Counted from the first letter of the whole stretch, positions 36,043 to 49,290 are shown. The stretch: DNA of 62,568 nucleotides, filler included, from Piptocephalis cylindrospora (GCA_003614145.1; 14 parts of 14 records of this genome joined end to end with filler, not necessarily neighbours in it); one strand, 5' to 3'. Translations and numbers: made by a program. Notes: generated from the letters alone by a model not told the origin.

Positions 36043-36085
36043 TTCCCTCAGCTCATCTCTCTGACGCGATCCCATCCCATCGTAG

Positions 36086-37072
36086 TATTTCCCCACTCAG
36101 CTGGCCAGCCAAGTCCGTCGGGAGCTGAACCACGAGGACTGGCATGTGGATTCCATCGTTTTCCCCACCTTTGATACCAAGGGAGAATATGTCATTGCCC
36201 TGGATAGACTATGTGAATGGGTGAAGAAACAGGTGGAGGATCGACACCGACGACTCTTCTCCCACGTTTATACCCTCTTCCTGGGCCATTCCATGGGAGG
36301 GCTTCTGGCTGCAGATGCCCATCAACACTTCTCCTCTGCTTCATCCGAGCTCGCCAAACATCGTTCTCTGGGCGCCCTTGCCTATGATACCCCGTACATT
36401 GGCCTTCATCCTGATCTCTTTGACCGGACCGCCGTAGAAAGAGCCAGCCAGTGGACTCGACATATCGGAAAGGCCTTTTCTCACCAGTTGTATGGGAAAG
36501 GCATGGAAAGAACGGGTGAAGCCATGCTGAAACGTCGATGGGGCGCCCTAGCCGTCGTTGCCCTTTCCGCTAGCGCCCTGGCCGCCGTGGTCGTGGCACG
36601 TGATCGGGTCCAAGCAGGGATCCGGTACATCACCGATCATCTTGAGTATGTGGGTGCTCTTGTCCGGGAGGAGGAGATGTACGGAAGGTTGAGGAGAGCG
36701 CGATCAGCATGCGGCTCCGACATCTTCCACTGCTTTTACACCTCTTTGGACCTTGAAGCCGATGTCGTTCAGGATCGGACCTTTATCCTTCCTCCCTCCC
36801 TCCAAGATCTCGCTTCTCTAGACGGGATTGACCCTTCTAAACTGGAGAGCATTTCCCGGGATGGTATTGAGAGCGATGGGGATGAGCAGAATGAGGAAGA
36901 CCAAGTGGGCTGGCTGAATGACCCACACTTTACCGTTGTGCCTATGGCGGCCATGGATGAGCTCGAGGCCCACACCAACATGTTCAATCCCAACATCAAC
37001 TACAACTATGATGCAATGATGGAGGACACGGCCTGGCTCATCACTCAACGTGTATACTCCATCTCTGGATAA
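36086..37072 (+). CDS. Alpha/beta-hydrolase (DUF676-like), last exon
   Basis: GHSMGG nucleophile elbow, YDTPYIGLHP, DHLEYVGAL, RTFI.PP and EAHTNMF; begins after a GTAG acceptor at 36085. Confidence 0.85.
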   Translation, partial: YFPTQLASQVRRELNHEDWHVDSIVFPTFDTKGEYVIALDRLCEWVKKQVEDRHRRLFSHVYTLFLGHSMGGLLAADAHQHFSSASSELAKHRSLGALAYDTPYIGLHPDLFDRTAVERASQWTRHIGKAFSHQLYGKGMERTGEAMLKRRWGALAVVALSASALAAVVVARDRVQAGIRYITDHLEYVGALVREEEMYGRLRRARSACGSDIFHCFYTSLDLEADVVQDRTFILPPSLQDLASLDGIDPSKLESISRDGIESDGDEQNEEDQVGWLNDPHFTVVPMAAMDELEAHTNMFNPNINYNYDAMMEDTAWLITQRVYSISG

Positions 37073-37427
37073 TTCTTTATTTATATACATATACACTGTT
37101 CTTTTTTTGCCCGTATGCCATAATAAAATTTGGATTGGATCAGAGGTAATGAAAAGGGGCTTGTGTAGCCTTTCTCCCGCTCAAGGTTGCTCTAAACAGT
37201 AAAAGGTATAAGCATGGCTATGTAATAAAATATCGCAGCCAAGGACGGTAGATCCGAGGAAACTCAATTCATTTTATGGTTGATGAGACCCGCTTGGATA
37301 GGATATGGGGTATGAAACAGGGCTTTCGAGCGATGGAGTGAAGAACGATGGGGTTTAGAAAGAATATATAGAGAAACTGGATAAATTTGGGATTTCAGAG
37401 GCGACAGAATACTCTGAGCTATGGGCA

Positions 37428-37999
37428 TCAGACTGAAACGCCTCTTCCAAAGATAGCGATGGGAGGCTGGGAGGGTTCAGGGCTACCTGGCTGATAGTAG
37501 TGATGCACCTCGACCACCGCCAAAAGGGCCATCGTGTAGTGGTAGAGGTAGGGAAGGAGGACAGCGAGTTGATCAGGCGGGTGAAGTATGTTAAAGTCCT
37601 CCTGGGATATCTCAGCAGCAAAAGTAAGGGTGGGTCCTGCTTCAGCCTTCAGCATCATGTCTTTGCCCATATGTAAAAGGTTAGATCGAATTTCCATATG
37701 GGGAATGGCCAGGTGAACCATCATATTCCAGTTCCATTGTAGCTTGGAAAAGACCGTAACGAGAGCCACAGAGCGACGGATAGATCCAATGACACCGCGG
37801 AGCTCTTCTCTGACGGAGGCAATACTCTCATCGCGTCTAAGAGAGCTTTGGAGTGGTACATCTAGGACCAAGAGACGGATTTTTTGACGAAGCGATCGGA
37901 AGGAGTTCTTGGCCGTCTTTAGTTTATCAATGGCATGCTTTGATGCCATTAGCCATTTTTTTGCATACCCGGGGACCTTCTCAAAAGGAACCTCTTTGA
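37428..37999 (-). CDS. Hypothetical helical protein, 5' truncated at the inversion junction
   Basis: Frame open from 37999 to stop; no family recognised. Confidence 0.5.
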
Positions 38000-38273
38000 A
38001 GTGGGGAAATACTACGATGGGATGGGATCGCGTCAGAGAGATGAGCTGAGGGAAGGGTGCACTGGACGAAGACTAAATGAATGCGCTTACCTCAAATGTG
38101 GTGTCTCCTCCCTGAAGGCCCATGCCATTCAGGCATAGAAGAGGGTACGGGGAGGGCCAGGTCAGTTTACGCATTCTTCTCCTCCGCTTCCTCCCCCCTC
38201 CCCTTCACTGATGCCTTTGTACCTTGAACCCGTGAATATAGATGAGCAGGAGGGAGTTGGATGGGCTTGGCAT
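38000..38273 (-). CDS. 5' exons of the same alpha/beta-hydrolase (MPSPSNSLLLIYIHGFK|GGDTTFE|YFPT)
   Basis: IHGFKG oxyanion-loop motif; two GT-AG introns; 38000-38054 is the exact reverse complement of 36043-36097. Confidence 0.8.
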
Positions 38274-38893
38274 GACCAATCTTGAAGGCGGGAAAGTTTG
38301 GGCAGGAGTGAATGAGAGGAAGGGGATGGTCGAGGATTGTCTCCTTGATCCATACTTAACATGCCATACCAAAAAGTCCGTAAAACCTCCTACCAGGGTT
38401 CCAGGGCCCTGCCGATCTCCTATCGTCAAGGAAGCACATGACATGGTGGGTAAGACCCGTTCCTTGCTTCTCTCCCCCTGGTCTTCCCCCCTTTTGAGCC
38501 TAAGAGATGTCTATAGCCCAACAACCTTTGTCTCATCCCCGAAATCTCCGAAAGCCGAATTGAAAACGAAATTAAATCTCACTAAATTGTCGATGAAAAA
38601 GGGGCGGAGTGTACAAATCGAGTCGTGCCAGGTAAAAAGAAAAAAAAGTGAATAATTCCCCCCCCACCAGTATGAACTAAATTTCACGGAGATTTTACTC
38701 TTGCTTCAAACAACGACCTCTCCAGGCTCGGTATGTCCCGGAAGTGGAAAGGTGGGTGCAGTGTTTACCAAGCGAGCGATTAGCATTGAAGACCTGGCTC
38801 AACTAGCAAGACGACCCTTTTGTCCCCAATCTCTTCCTCCTCTCCTTCCCCTCCCCGACTGCTCCCTCCTCCCCTTCCTGTTTCTTGTCAAGG

Positions 38894-40254
38894 ATGTTGC
38901 GTGTAACAGGAAGTACCATGCGCATCCCTTCCCTGGTCCTGGTAGGTGGTTGTCCCCTCCTAACGGAGAAAAGTCCCTTCCCGCTCACATCATCCTTTAT
39001 TTCATTCTCAAACCCTACAGAGACATGCTGGTAGAACCGCCACTGGGAGGCTGACCCCTAGTCTCCCTATCACCCAGAGTGCTTTTCGGTTCTTTTCAGC
39101 GACAGCGCCCTTCCGCGCTTCCGAGCCCGCTTCCCAAGATCCACTCAAGGAGCTGCCCAGCGCGTCCACTTCCACACTCCCCGAAGCCCCAGTGTCGGTG
39201 ACCTCTGAGGGAACCACTATTGCACAGGAGGCCGTGGCAGACATGACCATGCAATTCGGAGATCTCCAGGCCATGGGCCTGGATAAGGCGTTTTACAACC
39301 CCGTCGGGATTGCTCAAAGCCTCCTGGAGGCTATTCACATCTCCACGGGTCTACCCTGGTGGGGGACGATTGCGGCGGCGACGGTGATCATCAGACTCAG
39401 TGCACTTCCCCTCATCCTGAGTGTACAGAGGAATGCGGCGCTGTTGAACAACATTCGACCACAGCTTGATCTGTGGAAGGACAAGATGGTCCAGGCCACC
39501 CAGGTCAATGATCGGCCAGCGGCTGTCATTGCTAATCAAAAATACCGACAGATCATGACGGATTCGGGGGCCAAGCCCGCCCGGATGATCCTCATGCCCA
39601 TCACCAATGGAGCCATGTTCATCTCATTCTTCATGGCCCTTCGCCAAATGTCCGATCTTCCTGTGCCCCAGCTGGCCCATGGAGGGCTCTTATGGTTCGA
39701 GAATCTGAACGCTCCAGACCCTTATTATATCCTCCCCATTCTTGCCAGCGCCGGTTTCCTCATTAACTTTGAGGTCGGCTCCGAGCTTGGCGGCGCCAAT
39801 GTGATGAACCCGACCATGAAGCGCGTTTTTCGGGGTGTCTCTCTCCTCATGCCTTTTATGACCTATGCCTTCCCTTCGGTAAGAGGATTGTGATGATAAT
39901 GGTGTCATTCTTTACGTAACTAACTTCCCCTCCATTCTTTCCTCCTCCTCTTCTCTTCCCTCCCACCAGTCGGTCTTTGTGTACTGGTTGACCACGAATG
40001 TGTTCTCTGTTGCTCAAGTCTCATTGCTATCCCGACCAGGGGTACGAAAGGTATTGGGGATCCCCGAGTTGATCAAACACCCCAAAAAGCCCGGAGATGG
40101 AGGAAGTGTATTTGACTCATTCAACAAGACGATTGAGGATCTGCAAAAAGGGGCCAGTGCCGCCAGTACACCCGTCACCTCGGAATCTATCATTAAGAAG
40201 GCCAAGGCTACGCATGTTCAACCCTCGCGGAGACGGAACAAGTTTAGTCGATGA
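38894..40254 (+). CDS. OXA1: Mitochondrial inner-membrane insertase Oxa1 (exons 38894-38941, 39021-39878, 39970-40254)
   Basis: TGLPWWGTI...IR, FISFFMALR, GGLLWFENLNAPDPYYILP and YWLTTN motifs; presequence. Confidence 0.93.
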
Positions 40255-40404
40255 ACTGTGCTTGAAAATGAGAAGGGATTACGGCACAGGGAGAGCAAGG
40301 AAAAAGAGACAACTTTGATATTGTCCACTAAATCATCCTCCCATGCTCCCACAAGCACTGCATGGCCCTAGTTCGTGCCAGGGAAATGACTGTCGCCGCT
40401 CGAC

Positions 40405-40504
40405 NNNNNNNNNNNNNNNNNNNNNNNNNNNNNNNNNNNNNNNNNNNNTTAATTAATTAANNNNNNNNNNNNNNNNNNNNNNNNNNNNNNNNNNNNNNNN
40501 NNNN
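40405..40504. other. Artificial contig linker
   Basis: N44-TTAATTAATTAA-N44. Confidence 0.97.
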
Positions 40505-43500
40505 TCTCCTGCGGCCAAATCATCCATTGGATGGCAGCCAGTACCCCTATCTGGGGAAAGGAGGAAGCCACAGATGCAGTGATGGCGCATATGCTATGTC
40601 AGGATTCGGAGCTCTCCATTTTCTCCTCTACCTTTACCCAGCTGCCTGTGTATCATTTGGTGGTGGAGCTCTTGCGAAAAGACCCCGCCAAACGCTTGAC
40701 CCTAAAGGCTCTTCAGGTATGCTACCTTGCTTCATGGTAATGTATCTAGAGCCCCTACTAATCCCTCCCTCAACTTCTTCCGTGATACCATGTAGAGAAA
40801 GTCATATTTCCGCTCTACTCTGGATACCCGAGTGGTCAGTGACCTACTCAGGGAACGCCTGGTCATTGAGGATATTGATACGGATGAGGAGAACGGGGAG
40901 GGAGCCGTGATGATCCCCGAGGAGGATGACAGTATCTTCATCAACTTTTCCCGGTATGTTCATCATCGTGGGCTACGTAGGATTTGGAGCACCAATGGAT
41001 GGGGCCGTCAGATCTCGCGTGGCATCTTGATAGAGGCGCTGAAGAATTATCTTGCCGTTGACACGACTGCTCTCAAAGCTCTTGATGGGTTCATGGATAA
41101 GTTCTTGCCTCTTTCATCAGAAGAGGAATCCAGTATTGCAACAGGAGATCCTGTAACCATCGAAAGGATCAACCAGGCCTTTCCCAAGATAGCGTCCAAG
41201 TGTCAACTTGGGAACTGGATTCTTCATCAGGTTTATCTTAAGAGTCAGTCTCGTATCTATATGTAAGTGGAGACATAGTGCTACTACAGGTTGTTTATCT
41301 GACAAACAGCTAAACCACCTTCATTGTTTCTAGGATTCGGCAAGCTCGTCAGAAAATCGAAGAATACTTGGAAGAAAAACCAGTGTACCACCTGTGTTGT
41401 AATTCCAGTCTGAGAACCATGACCAGCTGCATGGAGAGCGCCCTTAGAATTCTGGATTCGTTGAGTGACATTGACAGATCAATTCGTCGTCGTGTTCTTG
41501 AGGTCATGGACATGATCGGATATAATGGCCCCGCTAAAGACGAGGAGGATGATCTCCGTGTGCTGATACATCTTAATGAAGAAACCACTCAACTCTCCGC
41601 CAAATGCGCCACCTTTATCATTTATCCTGGTAAGGTAAGGTTTTTGTACGAGTTGTCCTTTCTGCTTTAGCAGCTATTGAGAGATAATGGGGGGCAATTA
41701 CTTAGCCTTGCATACGTTCCTTCTGAGCCTTTAGGAAGAAAACACTGCAATGAGGCAGAAGATCCACAACTGGATTGACAGTTGGACCAAATGGAGATCC
41801 AAGATGTTGGAGGCAAATTCAGGACTGGAGCTCAATGAAATATTCAAAGGCTTGGTTAAGGTGGACAGTATGGATGATGCCTGGAACGTTAAAAAATTTC
41901 TCCAGGAGACCAAGACCCTCCAAGAAGCGCGCAAGAAGTACAAGGGAACAGAGATTGGGGAGAGATATGAAAAAGCCTTTGCTGGGGATGTACCCTCGAT
42001 GCTGTGGTTGGGGGAAGCGTACATGGATGGGGACCGAGGACTGGAGGAAAGCGGAACTTTCTACTGCCTCTGGCTCCTTCGTGCAGCCATCCAGAATGAC
42101 CCAAAGGCTCTAACCTACTACGGAATTGCCAGTAGGTGGGAGGATAACTCGAGATCCTCAGCCGTCCTGCGGACCAAGTGCTTAGGTAGGGCAGACTCAC
42201 TTGGTTTTCTCCCAGCCAAGGCCAAGTACGCTCACCGTCTTTGGAAAGGAGATGGGTGCGATATGGATAAGAAAAAGGCAGAGATGATTTTCCAAGACGC
42301 TATCAATGCTGGTTCTATCCTTGGTTCGTACGGCTTAATGATTATTAACCGTCACCACAACAACCGGAAAAATATGATGCTTTACGGGGAAGCTTGCTTG
42401 GGTGCAGGCTATCTTCGATGCTACAGCGAACTGATCAACTCACTTCTTCGGTACGATACAAGTAATGAGGAGGAACGACAATCTGATTATGCCAAAGCCT
42501 ACGAATATTGTATGACTCTAAAAGGTCACCCGGACCTTTATCATCTACCTAAAAGGACCGAATGGACTATGGAATCACTTGACGAGGAAAAGGAGTGTCA
42601 GAGCCTTGCTCCCGACCTTCGTTATTACCTAGGTCTCATTTACTACTGGGGCCTTGGGGTTCCTCGGGACCGGGGAGAGGCCGTAAAGCAATGGGAAAGG
42701 GTAGAGATGGGAGAGGATATCCGGATCTTACAAACTTTAGCCTACTGCTACATTACCGGGGAAGGCAAAGAGCAAGATGTGAAGCGGGGAATGGGCCTTT
42801 TGCTTGAATGCAAAGATTGCTTTACCGATCAGAGGAGTATCGCACTGGCTTTCCTCCATAGTCGCACTATTCTTACGGAGAGAGATGGTGCTGAAGCGTT
42901 GCGGATATCCAATGTTGTTCGGAGACACAACTGTGGAAGGGCTGCATTCCTGAAAGGACGGCTATACGAAGAAGGCTTGGGAGTGGAGCAGAGCTGGGCG
43001 CAGGCTGTGGAAACCTATGAGGGATTTGAGAAGAACGACATGTGCCGAGTCGCTCTAGCACGTCTTCGTCTTGTAGGGCACGGCTGCAAGAAGAATGTGT
43101 GGTGGGCCGTCAGGGTATTCAAGGATTGCTCGACCCCAGGAATCCCCAGCGGCCGACAAACGCTGGCCACTTTTTTCTGGTACAAGTGGTGGTGTGACGA
43201 TATGCTGGGAAACCTCGAGGCTCAAGTATCCTTGGGAATGTGCATGATCAAAGGTGAAGGGATAAAGAGAGATGTAGAAGCAGGGCTAGATCTGTTGAAG
43301 AAGGCTTCGATGAGGGGTTCCGGTGAAGCCCATCTCTGCTTGTACGAAGCATACTCTCAGGGCAAATGGACTGCTGTGGCTCTCGCCAAGGCCAAGGAGC
43401 ATCTTGAAGGGGCGGCAAATCTGGAGGAACCGACTGGGATGTGTTTGTACGCAGAGGAACTACTAGACCGGGATGAAGAGCTAGTCAGGGCCATTATTTT

Positions 43501-43831
43501 ACTTGAAAAGTCGCTACGGTACAATTGTCGTCAGGCTCGACGAATCTACGTACGTGCTTTAATGAAGCGTAGCCAAGAAGGCGATAAGGAAATGGTACTC
43601 TCCCTTCTGCGAGGTTGGGTGGAGTTACAGGATGGTGATGCTATGTATGAATTGGCGTACCTTGTGGACAACCCTAAAGAGGCGCTGGGCCTCCTTCATC
43701 AAGCTTTAGGTGTGGGAATGGATAAGGCTCTTCCTAAACTGGCTGAAGCTTACGAAAAGGGTCTTGGGACCGAGGTTAATCAGGAGCAAGCAAGATTATA
43801 TCGTGTGCGCTGGTCTCATCTAAGTCATTGA
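40505..43831 (+). CDS. Protein kinase C-lobe + linker + SEL1-like repeat protein, 5' partial (exons to 40716, 40796-41262, 41334-41634, 41735-43831)
   Basis: SCGQIIHWMA and LLRKDPAKRLT resemble kinase subdomains IX and XI; three frame-compatible GT-AG introns; many SEL1 units (LGLIYYWGLGVPRD, GRLYEEGLGVEQS, LGMCMIKGEGIKRD, LAEAYEKGLGTEVN). Confidence 0.8.
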
Positions 43832-44850
43832 TGCCGCCCCATGGCAGAAGTACGAGCGAGTGGCTTTCAGGGTAATTGAGGCATGTGCCCGAATAAATGA
43901 TGAACAGTTAACCGAATCGATCTATGGATTATGGGTTTACATCCGGGTTAGGAGATAACAACAAAACAATGGGATGACCACACGGACTAGTGTGTCTTCT
44001 CACAGAAATCCCCATGCTATGCCATCCAGTACGCTAAAAACTGGGATAAGTGACGCACAGCCTCGCAAAAGCGTGCCGGCGTTTTTAACTTCATGGACCC
44101 TTTTCTTCATTATCCTTCAGTAGAAAGCGATCCGTGATGAAATAAGATACAGTAAATGCGCATGAAACACATGGCCAAGGATAACTGAAACATCTAGATT
44201 GAAAGGTACTATCTATTGTGAAACTGAGCCGATGTTTATAAAACCATGGGCCCTTTTCTCCATTACCCTTCTTGATTGTATAAAAACTTACTGTCTTATG
44301 GGAAACACACATCCAAGGGACATTTCAAAAGTGCGGAAATTTTAGAGACAAATTAAGCGTGCTAAAGTCGGAGCATTAGATGTGGGGTGTCGATGTAGTA
44401 CTTCGTGTATCCTGAGCCAAATAGAGATCCATTACCCTTCTTGTAGAAAACCGTGGCTAACCTTTAGAATAGGTGGTGCATGATCCAATGTTCTAATATA
44501 CACCACTCGATAGCCCTCGGAGCACTGACTACGACCATGTAAGTTATTAGTACCGGACGTTATTATTTTGTGCTTTATTAATTAATTTCTTAAGTAAGTA
44601 AATATGCCTTTAAAAATCGAAATTAAATTAAATTATTTAGGATTTTTGGATCAAATTGGCTGAAGTCTATTATACCCCCAGTGTACGGTTATGGGCAATT
44701 GACTGGGTATTTTTTCAAGCGGTTTTCTGCATCGCATTTAGCTGTTCTTGATCTACATGCATGGCTAGTATCAAGCACTTATATTTATTATTTTGGGATC
44801 AAATTTAGTATAGGGGACACCTCGATATCACGTGACTGCTACGCTCCTAT

Positions 44851-44950
44851 NNNNNNNNNNNNNNNNNNNNNNNNNNNNNNNNNNNNNNNNNNNNTTAATT
44901 AATTAANNNNNNNNNNNNNNNNNNNNNNNNNNNNNNNNNNNNNNNNNNNN
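44851..44950. other. Artificial contig linker
   Basis: N44-TTAATTAATTAA-N44. Confidence 0.97.
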
Positions 44951-45168
44951 AGGGGGGGGGGCTTGATGTCGCCTCCCTTATCCCCCCTGTGCCCCCTCAT
45001 GATGCACACACCGGACTATAGGGGTCCCCGCATCTCAACTCTCTCCAACGGGGACGCACGCCTGGTCACCTCCTCACAGGGAGAACGCACAGAGGTATGC
45101 CTTCATTTGTGTATGTTTGAGAGCTGACTCAGAAAGGGGATCATGTCCAAAACAGGAAAAGAAGGATA

Positions 45169-45264
45169 GGGACGGTGGTGAGGAGGCTCACAAGGATGGT
45201 GGTGAGGAGACTCACAGGGATGGTGGTGAGGAGGCTCACAGGGACAGTGGGAAGGAGGCCCATG
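45169..45264. repeat. 24-nt minisatellite, 4 copies
   Basis: RGGAYGGTGGTGAGGAGRCTCACA units; the fourth is degenerate. Confidence 0.85.
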
Positions 45265-46906
45265 GCCCTGTACTTTGCCCCTCTCCTCGCTGCGCTGTAT
45301 GCCATGCAGTAAAGCAGGGGAGAAAATGACAGGATCAAGATCCGCGGCTCCATGGCACGGTAAACATCCAAAATTCAGGGCTTGGTCACCACCACTTTTC
45401 TTCCTCTCAAAACCAGGACTAGGACCAAAAAGGTTGGGTCGGAGTAGAGCGCGGTCATCCATCATTCACTCACCAGTCGTACCCTCCAAGGACGGACAAA
45501 TCATTCAGGTTTAGCCTTGCTCCCCCCTAGCAAGGGTCCATTGGTCAGCAGGTGGATGGGAGAACGAGCGGACCCCATGTCAGGTTGGGTCCTTGGTCCG
45601 GGGACGTGGCAATAGTACCAATCAGGTCAGATGTTGAAGTAAGGCATTTCTGGGTATGATGAGCCATGATGCCCCTATCCTCTTTTCTTGCTAGAGGCGC
45701 ATTGGATGGTTCACATCTCCATGTGCCGTATAGGCTGAGAAGTGCAGATCTTTTTACACTAAAAGGATAGGGAAAGAAAGAGAGAGGACCATCCAAAAGG
45801 GGAAGGTGATGAATAGTATGTACAGTGATTAGAATGGGTGAACTAAGATATGTTGGTGATGAGGGTGTGTTGATTGAGATGCATTGACCCTGACCCAGCA
45901 AAACCAATGCTGAATGAGGACTGTGCGACAGAAACTTTGTGCTACTCTTCCACTCCAAAAAAAGGTCGCGTCTCACTGTGTATGCGCACATAGATCATCG
46001 TGTACTCAAGAGATGCACGGTATCTTGCCGTTGTCATGGATGGGCGACCAGCAGTGTCTTTTCTAAGGAGCCATCCGCCAGCCATGGCCTTCCTCCTCAA
46101 CAAGCACCCCATGGGCTGTGGAGGGACGGAGCGCAAATCCAAGACGGATCATTGATCTTTCCCACACCTTAGTAGCCCTGCACGACCGTTCCGTGAGGAG
46201 CAAAGGCTGAATGGATGCATAATCTAACGATGACGTTGTCCGATAGAATGGTGCTTCAGCATGTCCAAGTCTGGGAGAAGCATGTACTGAAATGATAGGT
46301 CCTTGTGCACGGCGGACCCTACGACAGGATCTTACAGCGGATCATCCTCACCGTTGTCCGTGCTGTCCCCATCGCAGCATTCCATCCTATTCAAGGATGC
46401 GGGAAGAACATGGATCCTTTGTCCAAGGGCACTTCATGTAAGGTGAGTGAGTGCGAGATGCAGCGTGTGATGAGCTGTCAAGATAGTTTGAGGGAAAGTG
46501 CTCTTTATACTCCCCTTATCCCCAGCATACAACGCCCTCCTCACTGGATCTCCTTTCAAGATGGTTCGAAAAGACGAAATGATTGGGTCATGCAGGTGCG
46601 ATTAGAAACGCTCAGATATGGTGGACACCTATTGTAGGAGAGGAAAGAGCCTAGCAGCACACACCGCTCAACATGAGGTATGGTTGGAAGTGAAAAGGCA
46701 AGGGGTAAATTCATGGGGATGGAAGAGAGAGAGAGAGAAGCTGTGAACCTCACACACCTTCACCAATGATTTAGGATGGCGCCTTGCCAAGGTCGAAGAG
46801 TGCAGGAAAAGGGGAGAAGGCTCCACTCCCCTCTCGGCGTCCAGACACACCCCAACATCCATCTTTCTTCTGCATTGCATCTCATCTCAACAGAGATGGT
46901 CTTGCT

Positions 46907-47731
46907 CTATCCCAAAAGGACAAAATACAACGCAGAAAGGGGAAGAAGAACGGCAAGGAGCTTTTCCTGTCCAAGGCTATCACGGCTAGCCGAGCTAGGG
47001 ACCTCGAAATCTCCACTCTGGGAGGGGTAGTTGGCCGACGGCTGGGCCGTCGTTCCAGACGTATTTGTGCTAGAGGGGGTCGTGGAGGGATTAGCGCCAC
47101 CAGCCCCGGGCTTGCCCTGGGCTCCAGTCGCGCCACCCGTCGTGGATGTACCTGGAGTGGTACCTGTCCCAGATGCTCCAGTCCCGCCAGCTGTTGTGCC
47201 AGTCTTGGTGCTTCCAGTCGACCCACCCGCAGCGTCGCCAGCAGCGCCAGCAGCAGCGCCGGCAGCTGTTCCAGCCACCGCCCCACCAACTGCCCCAGCC
47301 GCAGCAGCTCCCGCACGGGGCGCCGCTGGAGCGGCTCTAGTTGTCGAGGACGCCGTCCTACTCGCTGTGGACCTTGCCGTCGAGCTGGGTGTGCGAGAGG
47401 TCTGAGCAGCCTGTTTCTGTTGGTTGTACCGGCGGAGATCGGCATAGTACTTATCCCAGGCTGCCCGGTTGGCCGCTGTCCTCGCGGAGCTTCTTTGTGT
47501 GGCCGGCGCTGAAGCAGCGCGCTGAGCTGGGGCTGGGGCAGCACGAGGGGCTGGGGTGTGAGCTGGAGCTGGAACCGGATCTGGTGCGGCCGCACCAGAG
47601 TTACTTCCCCCATCTGCCGAGGAGCGGGATTCGTGCACTTGGCCTTGGACCATCCCACCAGGACCAGAAGACAGTGGGAGTAGAACCAGGCAGGTTGCCA
47701 CCATCAAGATCAGAGAAGAGTGAAGATGCAT
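46907..47731 (-). CDS. Secreted, probably GPI-anchored Ala/Gly/Thr/Ser-rich cell-surface protein
   Basis: Hydrophobic N-terminal signal, low-complexity body, C-terminal small-residue site followed by hydrophobic tail LLAVLLPLSALYFVLLG. Confidence 0.8.
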   Translation of the reverse strand: MHLHSSLILMVATCLVLLPLSSGPGGMVQGQVHESRSSADGGSNSGAAAPDPVPAPAHTPAPRAAPAPAQRAASAPATQRSSARTAANRAAWDKYYADLRRYNQQKQAAQTSRTPSSTARSTASRTASSTTRAAPAAPRAGAAAAGAVGGAVAGTAAGAAAGAAGDAAGGSTGSTKTGTTAGGTGASGTGTTPGTSTTGGATGAQGKPGAGGANPSTTPSSTNTSGTTAQPSANYPSQSGDFEVPSSASRDSLGQEKLLAVLLPLSALYFVLLG

Positions 47732-49290
47732 CGGGAAAAGAGAGGAAATGGGGGGGGGGGTAGTCTAGGGAGAAATCTGGAAAGGAGGAAGCGAACAAAG
47801 AAGCTGCACCAGGCAGAGGAGTGACAAGATGAAGCTGTTGAACCGGGAGGGAGAGAAGAGTTGGGAAGAAGGAAAGGTGGAGCGAGGAGGAGGGGTCGGG
47901 CAAAATGAAATCAATGACGACAATGTGTCAAGAAGGAAGAAGGGAAAGGAAGGAGAGAGAGGCGAGTCGGAGGGAGAGAGGAGAGGAGCGGGAGGAGGCG
48001 CCTGGGTGCACAGCAGTGAGGAGACGAAAGAAGGAAGAGGAGGAGATGATGATGAAGGAGGAAATGAAGAAATGAGGAGGGAGGGAGATAGAAAAGAGAA
48101 GAAAAGGGGGATACGAAGAGATGAAAGACATCAGGGAAAGTAGTGTTGGTCCCTTTAGCTCCGCTCCCACACCACCATTGGCCCCCAGGACATCATATCG
48201 TCGGAGTGAGCTGCCCTTAGATGTCGGACTTTGAAAACATTCGTCCAACAGTCTGGGTAACTGATCCGCTCTGGGAATGAGATGGATCGTTTGCACAGGT
48301 TGTCATACAACGGGATATCAACAGTCTTGGCCAAGGAGGCAATTGGGATAGAATGCCTTGGCTGAGGGAAGATTTAGATGGAACGTTTTTTACTGCAAGA
48401 ACGCTCGAATGGAACAATAATGGAGAAAGCGTAGAACTAGAATGGTACGATGTTTGTGAGATATTGGAACGATGTAGAATCAGGAACATGGTAAAATCCA
48501 TAAAACATCGCTTAGATTTCAAGATGCACTGATCGGAGTCTCATTCAGTAAGGTGTATAATGCCCAAAGATCCCACCTATGACTAATTTGATTCAATGTG
48601 CCTTATTTTCGTACACACATCAGCACATCCTTTGAAAGTGAGCGCTGTAGAAAGTACGAGCTCCTCTCGGGGTAGACTTGCTCGATGATCGCAATGGTCA
48701 GACTTAATGGATGGTACCATATAAGGTAGAGAGAGGGAAGGCCAGGATGCGCTACCCAGTACAAGGGCTTATTGGCTCGACCGGCTTAGATAAAGGAGCT
48801 ATATACATGGAAATACTGAATTATGACTCTACTCTGAGGTAGAGGTCATCGGCCAATATGTATGAGCCTGTACTCAGGCAATGATCGATGTTTGGACATC
48901 TTAGTGCTAAAGTCCCTTGACTTTGAAGGATCAATGATAGCCTGAAGAATACTGCCCCTTGTTATATATTAGTACTGCTCGTTGTTTCAATGCTCTAATC
49001 ACCAGTCGAGATAGTTCTACTCTTCGCTTTCTCCATCCCAAACACTCTCATCCCATGAGATCGAGTCAAAAGCTGGAGGAAAGATCAAGAAAGCGTTTTA
49101 TTTTATCGAGAAAACAGCCTGAAAACTGATTATATGAGATAGACCATGTAGACTAGCTTTCAGTACGAGGATAGCCATGCAGAACAACATCTCGCATACC
49201 CTTGGATACCACATCATGGATTGGTGGGATATACCCAGGATGAAGTGAGGCTGCCGCGCACCATTCATCATGGGGAGTATTCCATTAATA

